Positions 50,201 to 58,952 of a stretch of 64,000 nt of DNA are shown here, piece after piece. The position numbers and the translations under genes are program-made. The notes beneath the pieces are model-generated. The model was not told the origin of the DNA and ran no database searches. It saw only the letters and a program-made list of their open reading frames with translations. Source of the DNA: Prochloron sp. SulCav_FS08_3_32_3330 (GTDB lineage Bacteria; Cyanobacteriota; Cyanobacteriia; Cyanobacteriales; DYNF01); the NCBI GenBank assembly GCA_020721205.1, contig DYNF01000001.1, forward strand, positions 4,419 to 68,418. Reading direction: 5' to 3'. Position 1 is the first letter of the stretch. Every line of letters begins with the position of its first letter.

Positions 50201-50777
50201 AAATCTTTTTCTTAAAGTTCCTATCCCAAAAGATAAATTTATTATTTTATTTTTGGGGAGGTTTTCTGAAGAAAAATGCCCCCATCTTTTTGTCAAAATT
50301 GTTAATCATTTAAAAGATAATGATAAACTTTATTTCATTATGGCTGGGAGTGGCAACTTATATGACACAACAACTGAACTCATAAATAAATATGAATTAG
50401 GTAATAAAATATATTTACCCGGTTTTGTGGATACCAGAGAATACTTGAGTATTTCTAATTTACTGATTTTACCTTCTCAGATTGATGGTAGACCAAATGC
50501 AGTTTTAGAAAGCTTATCAATGGAAGTACCTGTCATTGCATCATCTGTGGGTGGTTTACCAAAGATTATTCAGGATGGATATAATGGTTTTTTATGTGAA
50601 TCTGGGAATGTGGATAATTTTGTTAATCGTATCCAAGAAGTGATTAATGATCAAAATCTTTACCTGACCATGAAAAATAATGCTAGAGATTATGCTATAA
50701 ATAATCTTGATCTTACTACTGTTCAAAGTAAATATATGGAGGTATTTGATCAATTACTGCGATCAAAAAACTCCTAG
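47247..50777 (+). CDS. Multidomain glycosyltransferase (GT-A-like, degenerate GT2, coiled coil, GT2, GT4)
   Basis: IVFSKDRACQL...FLVDD; LVSVIIPCYN, VDDGSTD, LDADD; GRFSEEK, DGRPNAVLES. Confidence 0.88.
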   Translation: MLNIIVFSKDRACQLELMLRSLKLFLHNWQSYSVYIIYNYSNSDYQQGYELVKKQHSEFHYLPESQEKINNDFKNKVLECFSNNSPYTMFLVDDLVFKSFVDLIDTTFQIFVNNPDILCLSLRLSPNIKYCYTTNSFSPPPSFDENLVWNWQNQSKNTDWGYPMSLDGHIFRTLEIYHLILNQSFNNPNTFESKLANHTLSSPQMICYSESKIVNIPANKVQNIYSNRYGQMAEVNELNQNFLNNNCLSLKPILDTQNISVHQEIPLHFLPYSQDKHEISVIILCANDAFQLIYQIESLLVQTICPKEIICICNEKYLTIINTAELLKQLYPNIKLIINSSGNDTQIIEKIITENNKVIILETNQSISSTFIEDKFNNKNLEDTAFNNLQKLKYEKEKLIFKSEQIESQLQFQLEFTNPQLHQTQIQLQQIQSQLNQTQIQLQQTQSQLNQTQIQLQQTQSQLNQTQIQLQQTQIQLQQTHIEINAIKSSKFWKLREKWFEFRQKIGITNNEQGLSLKKFSRIVKNKIEIKPKIIVEIEQQKWDQNLPLVSVIIPCYNYGKYVEEAIDSVLNQTFQNLEIIVVDDGSTDHDTIQILDNLNKPKTKLIRTTNQKLPAARNNGIKSAKGKYICCLDADDLLKPTYLEKCLIKLETENLDICCTWVKEFGDHDVIHSNIEFNLETLIYQNCLHVSAIFKRSIWEKTGGYDETMINGYEDWNFWIAISKAGGIGGKIDEPLFLYRKHGHSMINSAFENHDILYEQIKANHQELYFNKNIIKEINSNHQKYIVKNGYVNLASSFQYPSQVNKNKNHILFALPWIVTGGVDTVILQLTKTLKSQGFTITVCTTVKTSPDMGNNTPKYEEFTTEIYDLYKFIKPETWYDFIFYLIKSRNIDIIFLAGSSYFYSILPNIKQDFPNIKIIDQLYNEFGHIDNNRRYANYIDINIVENETVENCLLFTYQEKSEKVCLINNGVDTKYFNPSTYNENLFLKVPIPKDKFIILFLGRFSEEKCPHLFVKIVNHLKDNDKLYFIMAGSGNLYDTTTELINKYELGNKIYLPGFVDTREYLSISNLLILPSQIDGRPNAVLESLSMEVPVIASSVGGLPKIIQDGYNGFLCESGNVDNFVNRIQEVINDQNLYLTMKNNARDYAINNLDLTTVQSKYMEVFDQLLRSKNS
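48504..48692 (+). repeat. Nine 21-bp coding repeats (QL[QN]QTQ[IS] heptads)
   Basis: CAATTA(C/A)A(A/T)CAAAC(T/C)CA.. units, largely alternating in a 42-bp period. Confidence 0.92.
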
Positions 50778-50835
50778 TTAAATTTCATGACAAAAATAAT
50801 TTAAAAAATAATTTAAGGATCAAAGTTTTATCATA

Positions 50836-51774
50836 ATGAAAATAGGAATTACTGGAGCATCGGGGTTTTTGGGATCATATCTTCTGAGGTATTTGGTTAA
50901 TTTAAAAAAATATCGGTTATATGCTCTAACCCGAACAGTGTCATCTGAAAAAATTAATAACGATGATAACGTAGTTTGGATTAAAGGGGACTTAAATTCT
51001 CCTCAAGATTGCCTTGATTTTGTACAAAATCTTGACTTAATTATTCATTTGGCACATACAAATAGCCCTCTTACTTCTAATCGAGATATTTCTAGTGATG
51101 CTTTATTAAATTTAATTCCTACATTGAATCTGTTACAAGCAATTAGAGACTGTAAAACAATTCCCCATCTAATTTATGCTAGTAGTGGAGGAGCGGTTTA
51201 CAAACCTTGTAACATTCGTAAACCTTTTAAAGAATCTGACTCCTGTGAACCTTCATCTTCATACGGTATCCAGAAAATTACAGTGGAACAATACCTGCGT
51301 ATGGGTTCAGAACAAGGGTGGTTAAGTGCTACGTCCCTTAGAATTGGTAATCCCTACGGCATTTTACTACCATCACAACGGATGCAAGGTTTAATTGGGG
51401 TTGTGTTAAATCAATTACTTCATCAACAACCTGTGAAAATTTATGGAGATCCAAATAACGTCCGTGATTATATTCACTTAGAAGATATGTGTCGGATAGT
51501 TGAATTGGTGATAAATCAACCATCTACTTTTGAAATTTATAATGTAGGTAGTGGTCAAGGTTATTCCGTAAGTCAAATTTTAGATTTAATTGAAAAATTT
51601 ACCGGGCTTTTGATGGTTAAAGAAATAGGACAAACAACTGGAGGTACTAAGCAGTTACCCTCATGGACAGTTTTAGATATTACAAAAGCTTATCAAAATT
51701 TAGCATGGCAACCTATAATCGAGTTCGAGCAAGGTTTAAAAACTTTATGTGAGCAAACATTATGCAAGAAATAA
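50836..51774 (+). CDS. NAD-dependent nucleotide-sugar epimerase/dehydratase
   Basis: GASGFLG, SSGGAVY, YGIQK, RIGNPYG, RDYIH. Confidence 0.9.
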   Translation: MKIGITGASGFLGSYLLRYLVNLKKYRLYALTRTVSSEKINNDDNVVWIKGDLNSPQDCLDFVQNLDLIIHLAHTNSPLTSNRDISSDALLNLIPTLNLLQAIRDCKTIPHLIYASSGGAVYKPCNIRKPFKESDSCEPSSSYGIQKITVEQYLRMGSEQGWLSATSLRIGNPYGILLPSQRMQGLIGVVLNQLLHQQPVKIYGDPNNVRDYIHLEDMCRIVELVINQPSTFEIYNVGSGQGYSVSQILDLIEKFTGLLMVKEIGQTTGGTKQLPSWTVLDITKAYQNLAWQPIIEFEQGLKTLCEQTLCKK

Positions 51775-52694
51775 AAGTTTCTGTTTTACTTCCCGTTTAC
51801 AATGGTGGAGCAGCATTAGGTCAGGCGATCAAGTCAATTCTTAAGCAGGATTTAACTGAATTTGAATTATTAATTATTGATGACTGCTCCACCGATAATT
51901 CCGCCACTATTATTCGTCAATATGTAAAGCAAGATTCGAGGATCAAACCAGTTTTTCACGAAGTGAATATTGGACTTGCTCAAACTTTAAATGAAGGTCT
52001 TAACTTAGCAACTTCAGATTATGTAGCACGGATGGATCAAGATGATGAATCTTTGCCAAATCGCCTTTCAGTTCAATTAAACTATATGTCTAATCATCCT
52101 GAATCGGTAGTGGTAGGGAGCTTTATTTATCACATGGGAGCTAAACAAGAATTTGATCGCTTAGTGGAACTTCCAATTGAAGCTCAACAAATTAAAGAAA
52201 CTTTAGTAAAGTACAATTGTATGTATCATCCCTCAGTAATGATGAGGCGTGGTAAAGTTTTGGAACTTGGCGGTTATCGTCGTGAGTTCAAAAATGCGGA
52301 AGATTACGATTTATGGTTACGAGTTAGTAAATTGTATCCTTTGGCAAATATCCCTGAACCGTTGTTGCGATACCGATTTTCTGTTACAGGAATGACTTTA
52401 AGCAGAAAATGGGAACAACTATTCTATGTCTATCTGGCACAAGCCACTCATGAAGATGAAAAAAAAACAATGGCGGAAGTTACTGAAGTAGCGAAACAAA
52501 TGCTAGAAAAAATGGATAAAAGCTACTTTATGAGGGAGGTGGCTAAAGGTACGGTCCAAGAATTGGTATCACTAAAATTGTGGAAAGATACCGTTAATTT
52601 AATCTGGCAATTTTCCAAGGATATTGGTTTTAAAACGTCAATACATCTTTTAGGATATATTACCAAATCATATTTTAGGTCGCATATTCCCTGA
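51762..52694 (+). CDS. GT2 glycosyltransferase
   Basis: VSVLLPVYN, IDDCSTD, RMDQDD, AEDYDLWLR. Confidence 0.92.
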   Translation: MQEIKVSVLLPVYNGGAALGQAIKSILKQDLTEFELLIIDDCSTDNSATIIRQYVKQDSRIKPVFHEVNIGLAQTLNEGLNLATSDYVARMDQDDESLPNRLSVQLNYMSNHPESVVVGSFIYHMGAKQEFDRLVELPIEAQQIKETLVKYNCMYHPSVMMRRGKVLELGGYRREFKNAEDYDLWLRVSKLYPLANIPEPLLRYRFSVTGMTLSRKWEQLFYVYLAQATHEDEKKTMAEVTEVAKQMLEKMDKSYFMREVAKGTVQELVSLKLWKDTVNLIWQFSKDIGFKTSIHLLGYITKSYFRSHIP

Positions 52695-52768
52695 TCTAGT
52701 GATTAGAGCCAATTCTGACACAAAAAAATAAAGTTATAGACTTTTTTATCAAAGTAGGGTACTATTAT

Positions 52769-52868
52769 ACGTCAGTTCGACAGAAGCTGAAACCCTGATT
52801 CCTTCGTTGGCTGAAAGCCTATTCTTTCGTCAGAAGATCAAAAATTGATGTTTTCGTCGAACTCACGT
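52769..52868. mobile_element. MITE-4 (ACGTSAGTTCGAC TIRs)
   Basis: ACGTCAGTTCGAC / GTCGAACTCACGT with TATTAT directly on both sides. Confidence 0.7.
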
Positions 52869-52899
52869 TATTATATAAAATCCAAAATATTTTTCTTAC

Positions 52900-52991
52900 T
52901 ATAGCATTTCTCAGCGTTATGAAGTACAAACAATTAGAATAGAGTCCTTATTTCATGAGTATTTCACTTCATCGTTCTGACTTTTGCTATA
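52900..52991. mobile_element. TATAGC-ended MITE
   Basis: TATAGCATTTCTCAGCGTTATGAAGT / ACTTCATCGTTCTGACTTTTGCTATA imperfect TIRs. Confidence 0.6.
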
Positions 52992-53055
52992 TATCAGTAA
53001 GTTAATCTTTAATACCTGTCAATACTTAAATAGATTTGTCAACTGGAGATAAATT

Positions 53056-53778
53056 ATGCAACGTTTCATAAAATCACTACAAAATCTTTTTTTGCCGAAG
53101 ATTAATGGTAATACTTTGGCAATAACTGAAGATAATGAAAATCAAATGCAAAAACAGATTCAGGAATGTAGAGATACCCATGATGTTCTTCTCAGTCCTA
53201 GTGTCACATATTTCGACCTAGCAGAACCAGCAATGGAAAGCCAGTGGGATGAATATATTTATCCCAATATTAAAAACTTTGATTTAAGTATCTGCCTTGA
53301 ACTTGCTCCCGGTCATGGTCGTAATACCAATAAACTTAAACAATACGCTAAGGAAATACATCTGGTTGATGTCAATCAGAGTTGCATTGATGCTTGTAAA
53401 GAAAGATTTGGGGACAAAAATGAAAATTGTAACTTCTTTTATTATGTCAATGATGGTCATACCTTAAAAGAAATCGGTGATAATATGATCCAGTTTGTTT
53501 ATTCTTGGGATGCAGTCGTTCATTTTGACAAGTTAGTAGTCAAAGATTATGTTAAAGAGTTTTTTAGAATTATGCGCCTAGGTAGTTATGGGTTTATCCA
53601 TCATTCTAACTATGGTAAAATTAATTCAAGTTCGGAATGGATGAAAAATCCAGGTTGGCGATCAAATATGACAGCAGAATTGTTTGTTGAATACTGTGAT
53701 GAATTTGGATTACAGATTTTAAAGCAACAAATTATTAATAACGATTTAGACTGTATATCAATTTTTTCTAAATCTTAA
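53056..53778 (+). CDS. Class I SAM-dependent methyltransferase
   Basis: CLELAPGHGR, LVDVN, FVYSWDAVVHF. Confidence 0.85.
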   Translation: MQRFIKSLQNLFLPKINGNTLAITEDNENQMQKQIQECRDTHDVLLSPSVTYFDLAEPAMESQWDEYIYPNIKNFDLSICLELAPGHGRNTNKLKQYAKEIHLVDVNQSCIDACKERFGDKNENCNFFYYVNDGHTLKEIGDNMIQFVYSWDAVVHFDKLVVKDYVKEFFRIMRLGSYGFIHHSNYGKINSSSEWMKNPGWRSNMTAELFVEYCDEFGLQILKQQIINNDLDCISIFSKS

Positions 53779-53780
53779 TT

Positions 53781-55430
53781 ATGAAAAATATTCAATTAAA
53801 TAAGCTGAACAACTTTTACCCTTATTTAGTTTTGTTCCTGTTTATTTCGCCTAGCATAGTGTGGATAATTCTGGATCAGCGAGTCTTTCCTTGGGATCAA
53901 GCTTGGTATGGACAAGTATCAGTAGAATTGTTTTATCGTTTAATCCATACTCCTTTAGACTGGTTTAAAGACATGATTTCTGCTTTTGGGATTAAAGCAC
54001 CCGGAGTCGCTTGGTTAGGACAATTTTTTGTTCCTCTTGGTCAGCTTATTGGCTCAATTGAAATCGGATTACTGTTATCAATAATAGTAACTCAATTTAG
54101 TGTTTTATTACTTATTTATCCCATAATTTTAAAATTAACAAATAGTAGATTAATTTCTGTTATTTGCTGTCTTTTCGCATCTTCTTCTCCTTTATCAGTA
54201 GGATTAAATCATCAGTATCTTGTTGAACCTTTACAAACTCTTTCTATAACTTGGATTATTCTGATCATGGTTTTTGCACCACAATGGGATAGTAAGAGAA
54301 TTATTCTCCATTTAATTAGTGCCGTATCATTAGCAATGATCGCCAAAATAACTTCTCCCTTATATTCTTTTGGGGCAATATTAGTTATTTTATATCATGT
54401 TTATAACAACAGAAATATAAATAAAAACCTTACACAAGTTAACTCTAAAAATTTGTTATCGAAAATCAAACCTTTATATATTACCACTTTTTTATTAATC
54501 AGTGGATTTTTATTATGGTATGGCAAAAATTTAGCAAATATTTTGTCATTTACTATTCAAGCATCTTCAGGTGAAGCATCACTTTTATATGGAGAAAAGG
54601 CAAGTTTTTTACCTAAAATACAATATTGGTTATCTTCTTTTCAAAAAAGTTTTTTTGCTCCTATTTCTTTAGTTTTTATTATTGCACTCTTGATTTATGT
54701 TTTGATAAAAGTTTTTTTCGACTTTAAAAAAGCTTTCACACCAATTAAATTAAGTTATTTTGATATATGTAATATTGTTTCTGTAGTAGAAATATCTTTA
54801 GTTTTGATCCTCTTTAGTTTTCAAGTCAATCAAGAAAACAGATATTTACTACCAATAATACCTTATTTAGCTATTATTTTAGCTTGGATATTAAAAAAAG
54901 TAAATCAAAAAATGATAGTGGCTTTTATTGGAGGTTTATTCATATTACAATTATTCATGGTACAAGGTCAATCATTGGGTTTAACTTCCGTAAATTCTAA
55001 TTTATCATATTGGTTATATCCAGTAGATACAAATAATAACAATAAACAATTATTAACAAAAGTAGTAGATGCTACCTGTAGTCAAAAAGAAAAAGAAAGA
55101 TATAATATTATTGGTTTAGAATTGCCTTGGTTTAATGCCAATTCAGCCGCATATTTTTCTGCCAAGCAATTGCTAACAAAAGACTTTCATTGTTACTATA
55201 CCTCATTGGGATACGCTGAGAAAGATATAGAAAAAGCATGGCAAAGATTATTTGATTTGAATATTAATTATTTTGCCACTTTACAACCTGAATTACAACC
55301 TAAACCAGCTAATCCATTAAATGAAGTTTCTTTACCTATGCTAAACCAAATTACAAAAAGTTCAAAATTTAAACTAGACTCATCTATTGATAATTCATCA
55401 ATTTTATTGTATAAAAAAGTTAGTCCTTAA
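53781..55430 (+). CDS. Polytopic membrane protein, probably GT-C (ArnT/PMT-like) glycosyltransferase
   Basis: Many TM segments; WDQAWY loop after TM1; RYLLP motif. Confidence 0.7.
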   Translation: MKNIQLNKLNNFYPYLVLFLFISPSIVWIILDQRVFPWDQAWYGQVSVELFYRLIHTPLDWFKDMISAFGIKAPGVAWLGQFFVPLGQLIGSIEIGLLLSIIVTQFSVLLLIYPIILKLTNSRLISVICCLFASSSPLSVGLNHQYLVEPLQTLSITWIILIMVFAPQWDSKRIILHLISAVSLAMIAKITSPLYSFGAILVILYHVYNNRNINKNLTQVNSKNLLSKIKPLYITTFLLISGFLLWYGKNLANILSFTIQASSGEASLLYGEKASFLPKIQYWLSSFQKSFFAPISLVFIIALLIYVLIKVFFDFKKAFTPIKLSYFDICNIVSVVEISLVLILFSFQVNQENRYLLPIIPYLAIILAWILKKVNQKMIVAFIGGLFILQLFMVQGQSLGLTSVNSNLSYWLYPVDTNNNNKQLLTKVVDATCSQKEKERYNIIGLELPWFNANSAAYFSAKQLLTKDFHCYYTSLGYAEKDIEKAWQRLFDLNINYFATLQPELQPKPANPLNEVSLPMLNQITKSSKFKLDSSIDNSSILLYKKVSP

Positions 55431-55440
55431 TCTCAAATAT

Positions 55441-56565
55441 ATGTTTAGCAGTCAACAACTTCAGAAGATAAAAGATATTTCCATTAAGAAATATGATTAT
55501 ATTGATGCTCTTAGGGGCTTTGTAATATTAGGCGTTATTCTTGTTCATACATCACAATGGGTAGTGCCAACATCTGTTTTTCTATCTCAATTAGTAGCAG
55601 AAGGAGCCAGGGGGGTGCAACTTTTTTTCATAGCAAGTGCCTTAACCTTATTTTTATCAATGAAAGCAAGGAAACAGTATGAACCACAACCATTGCTCAG
55701 TTTTTATATCAGGCGATTTTTTAGAATTGCTCCTCTTTTTTACTTAGCTATTATTGTTTATACATGGCATGATGGAATGTCCCCAAGCTATTGGGCACCC
55801 AATGGAATTGAATGGTGGCATATTCTGTTGACAGTCTTTTTTCTTCATGGATGGAATCCAGAAACAATTACATCTGTTGTTCCAGGTGGCTGGTCAATTG
55901 CGGTTGAAATGACGTTTTATTTATTTTTACCCTATCTTTTTATAAAGTTAAATAACGTCAAATCTAGCTTGATTGCTTTATTTGGTTCTCTACTTGTAGC
56001 AAAATTGGCATCAACTGTACTGCTGTTTTTATTTTCTCCCAACTATCCAGATACTCAACAATATTTAGTTTATACTTTTTCTACTCTCTGGTTTTTCTCA
56101 GAATTACCGATATTTATCTTAGGAATATTGCTGTATCATATTATCACAAAATGTCCTGATAAAGATAGAACAGTTGGATTGCTCTTTTTATTTGTTTCAA
56201 TTTTTCTATTTATCGCATTTTTAACCCCGCAGACTTTTAATGATTTGTTACCCAAACATTTTTTATATGGAATTGCTTTTCTCTTTTTTGCGTTATCATT
56301 ATATTTCTATCCAAACGAATTTTTAGTTAATAAGATCACTATCTTAATCGGTAAACTGAGTTTTAGCTTATATCTAGTACATTTTATGGTTTTAAATAAA
56401 ATAGCACAATTTATCAAAATTACACCTGGAGATATTGGATTTATTTTAGCTTTTCTGTTATGTTTACTTTTTTCAATTCTTTTTTCATATATTACCCATA
56501 ATTTGATAGAAATTCCTGGAATTCGCCTTGGCAAAAAAGTGATAGAAAAAGTGAGATTTTCTTAA
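55441..56565 (+). CDS. Acyltransferase-3 (OafA-like) O-acyltransferase
   Basis: IDALRG...VH, GVQLFF, RRFFRIAP, WSIAVEMTFY, SFSLYLVH. Confidence 0.9.
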   Translation: MFSSQQLQKIKDISIKKYDYIDALRGFVILGVILVHTSQWVVPTSVFLSQLVAEGARGVQLFFIASALTLFLSMKARKQYEPQPLLSFYIRRFFRIAPLFYLAIIVYTWHDGMSPSYWAPNGIEWWHILLTVFFLHGWNPETITSVVPGGWSIAVEMTFYLFLPYLFIKLNNVKSSLIALFGSLLVAKLASTVLLFLFSPNYPDTQQYLVYTFSTLWFFSELPIFILGILLYHIITKCPDKDRTVGLLFLFVSIFLFIAFLTPQTFNDLLPKHFLYGIAFLFFALSLYFYPNEFLVNKITILIGKLSFSLYLVHFMVLNKIAQFIKITPGDIGFILAFLLCLLFSILFSYITHNLIEIPGIRLGKKVIEKVRFS

Positions 56566-56632
56566 CCTAAGAGGTACTCAAAATTATAAAAAATAATCAA
56601 CTCTCTACAGCTTAGATATACTAGATTATATC

Positions 56633-56711
56633 AAAAAAAAGCTCAAAATTGAATTTAAAATAATCTATTGATAATTCATCCATTTTATGGTATAAACAAG
56701 TCAGTCCTTAA
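56633..56711 (+). pseudogene. Diverged duplicate of the 3' end of the 53781 GT-C gene
   Basis: 56663-56711 matches 55382-55430 at 45/49 nt including the stop codon; weaker similarity upstream. Confidence 0.85.
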
Positions 56712-56724
56712 ATATCAAATGTTT

Positions 56725-58119
56725 ATGTTTACTAATCAACAACTGCAAAAATGGCGAAAGAGAAACTTATACTACTACAAAGACTTGGAACTTTTTTACC
56801 AGTTTTGGGTTGAACCTAATACCCGTGTATTGGAGGTAGGAAGTGGGTTAGGAGATTTGCTGAATATAGTAAAACCTAGTTATGGTTTAGGTATTGATGT
56901 CAACCCTTTAGCAGTAGAAAAAGCTAAGGATAAATATGATCATCTTAACTTTGAAGTGCTTGATGCTGAAGACTTAATCACAGAAGAAATATTTGATTAT
57001 ATATTATTGGCAAACACAATCAGCTATGTCAGTGATATTCAGAAAGTTTTTGATAATTTGCGGAAATTATGTCATTCATCTACAAGAGTTGTTCTAACTT
57101 TTCATAATCCCGGATGGGAGTTGATTCTTCGGTTAGCTACATTGCTTAGGCAAAGAATGCCTGTACCTTCTCTCAATTGGCTAAATTTAGAAGATATTGA
57201 AAACTTACTAAATTTGACCAATTTTGAAGTAATTGAACATGGAAAACGTTGTATTTTTCCTAAAAATATTCCTCTTGTATCAGGATTTTTAAATAAGTTT
57301 ATTGCTCCTTTACCTTTTTTCAATCAGTTTTGTTTAACTGAATATATCATTGCTAGACCTCGTATTGAGGCTTACGAGTCCCAAAACAATCTAAGAGAAT
57401 TAAGCTGTTCTGTGATTATTCCTGCACGGAATGAAGCAGGAAATATAGAAAGTTGTATTACTCGAATGCCAAAACTAGGGAAACATACCGAAATTATTTT
57501 TATTGAAGGTCATTCCAGTGATAATACTTGGGAAGAAATTCAAAGAGTACAAAATAAATATCAAGATCAATGGGATATCAAAATTTGTCAGCAAACGGGG
57601 AAAGGGAAAGGAAATGCTGTGAGAGAAGGTTTTGCGATGGCACAAGGAGATATTCTGATTATTTTAGATTCAGATTTAACCGTTCGTCCTGAAGATTTAA
57701 TTTATTTTTTTAATGCGATCGCATCTGGTCGTTGTGAATTTGCAAATGGATGTCGTCTAATTTATCCTGTATCTGAGGACACTATGCCTTGGCTGAACCG
57801 CATGGCAAACCGTTTTTTTGCTTGGTTACTATCTTATTTACTTAATACTAAAATCAAAGATTCACTTTGTGGAACTAAAGTATTAAAAAAAATTCATTAT
57901 CAAAGAATAGCTCAAAATCGCAGTTATTTTGGCGATTTTGACCCTTTTGGGGATTTTGATTTGCTTTTTGGAGCTTCTAAATTAGGTTTACAGATTCACG
58001 ATATTCCCGTAAGATATATGCCTCGTACCTATGGTCAATCCAATATTCAGCATATCAAAGAAGGATTCGTTTTACTCAAAATATGTTTATATGCGGCTAA
58101 AAAAATTAAGTTTATTTAA
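56725..58119 (+). CDS. Methyltransferase-like domain fused to GT2 (polyprenol-phosphate glycosyltransferase-like)
   Basis: VLEVGSGLG; SVIIPARNEAGNI, GKGNAV, LDSD, DSLCGTK, DPFGDFDLLFG. Confidence 0.88.
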   Translation: MFTNQQLQKWRKRNLYYYKDLELFYQFWVEPNTRVLEVGSGLGDLLNIVKPSYGLGIDVNPLAVEKAKDKYDHLNFEVLDAEDLITEEIFDYILLANTISYVSDIQKVFDNLRKLCHSSTRVVLTFHNPGWELILRLATLLRQRMPVPSLNWLNLEDIENLLNLTNFEVIEHGKRCIFPKNIPLVSGFLNKFIAPLPFFNQFCLTEYIIARPRIEAYESQNNLRELSCSVIIPARNEAGNIESCITRMPKLGKHTEIIFIEGHSSDNTWEEIQRVQNKYQDQWDIKICQQTGKGKGNAVREGFAMAQGDILIILDSDLTVRPEDLIYFFNAIASGRCEFANGCRLIYPVSEDTMPWLNRMANRFFAWLLSYLLNTKIKDSLCGTKVLKKIHYQRIAQNRSYFGDFDPFGDFDLLFGASKLGLQIHDIPVRYMPRTYGQSNIQHIKEGFVLLKICLYAAKKIKFI

Positions 58120-58128
58120 TTAAAAAAT

Positions 58129-58914
58129 ATGCTAAAAAAAATGATTGAGGCTTTAAAACTTCCAGAATCAAAAGAAATAAAAAATTTAGATGATTCTGAA
58201 AATATCTTTATTATCCGAAGAATTATTCAACGAAAGACATTTTTACGCAATACATATTTATCTTTTTACAAAACTTTTTATGATATATTATCATCACTCA
58301 AAATAGAAGGAGAAGTAATTGAATTAGGTAGTGGTGCTGGTTTCCTAAAAAAAATTGCCCCTTATATTGTGACATCTGATATTATTCCTTATGAAGGTGT
58401 AGATCAAGTTTTCTCTGGACTGGATATTCCTTTTTCTGATAACAGTATTCGTGGCTTTTTAATGATTGATGTATTACATCATGTCAAGGATTCACGTTTA
58501 TTTTTCCAAGAAATGGAGCGTTGTTTGAAAGCCGGAGGTAAAATAGTCATGATTGAACCAGCAAACACGATTTGGTCACGATTTATCTATACTCGGTTTC
58601 ATCATGAACCCTTTGATCCCAAGGGTGGGTGGGGGTTTGAAGAAGGAGGTCCTTTATCGGGTGCCAATATGGCGATCCCCTACATTATTTTCCAAAGAGA
58701 TATCCAACAATTTACTGATGAATTTCCTAATTTGAAAATATGTTCTATCTCAGTTCATACACCATTTCGATATCTAATCAGTGGGGGTTTGTCATTTCGT
58801 CAACTTCTTCCTTCATTCACTTATCCGCTAATCAATTTTGCTGAATTTTTATTAACTCCATTGAATAGTTTTTTAGGAATGTTTATGACTATTGAACTAG
58901 AAAAAACACTATAA
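58129..58914 (+). CDS. Class I SAM-dependent methyltransferase
   Basis: IELGSGAG, DVLHHV, GGKIVMIEP. Confidence 0.85.
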   Translation: MLKKMIEALKLPESKEIKNLDDSENIFIIRRIIQRKTFLRNTYLSFYKTFYDILSSLKIEGEVIELGSGAGFLKKIAPYIVTSDIIPYEGVDQVFSGLDIPFSDNSIRGFLMIDVLHHVKDSRLFFQEMERCLKAGGKIVMIEPANTIWSRFIYTRFHHEPFDPKGGWGFEEGGPLSGANMAIPYIIFQRDIQQFTDEFPNLKICSISVHTPFRYLISGGLSFRQLLPSFTYPLINFAEFLLTPLNSFLGMFMTIELEKTL

Positions 58915-58952
58915 ATCTTTGAACAATTTATGATAATACGAGATAAATTAAT

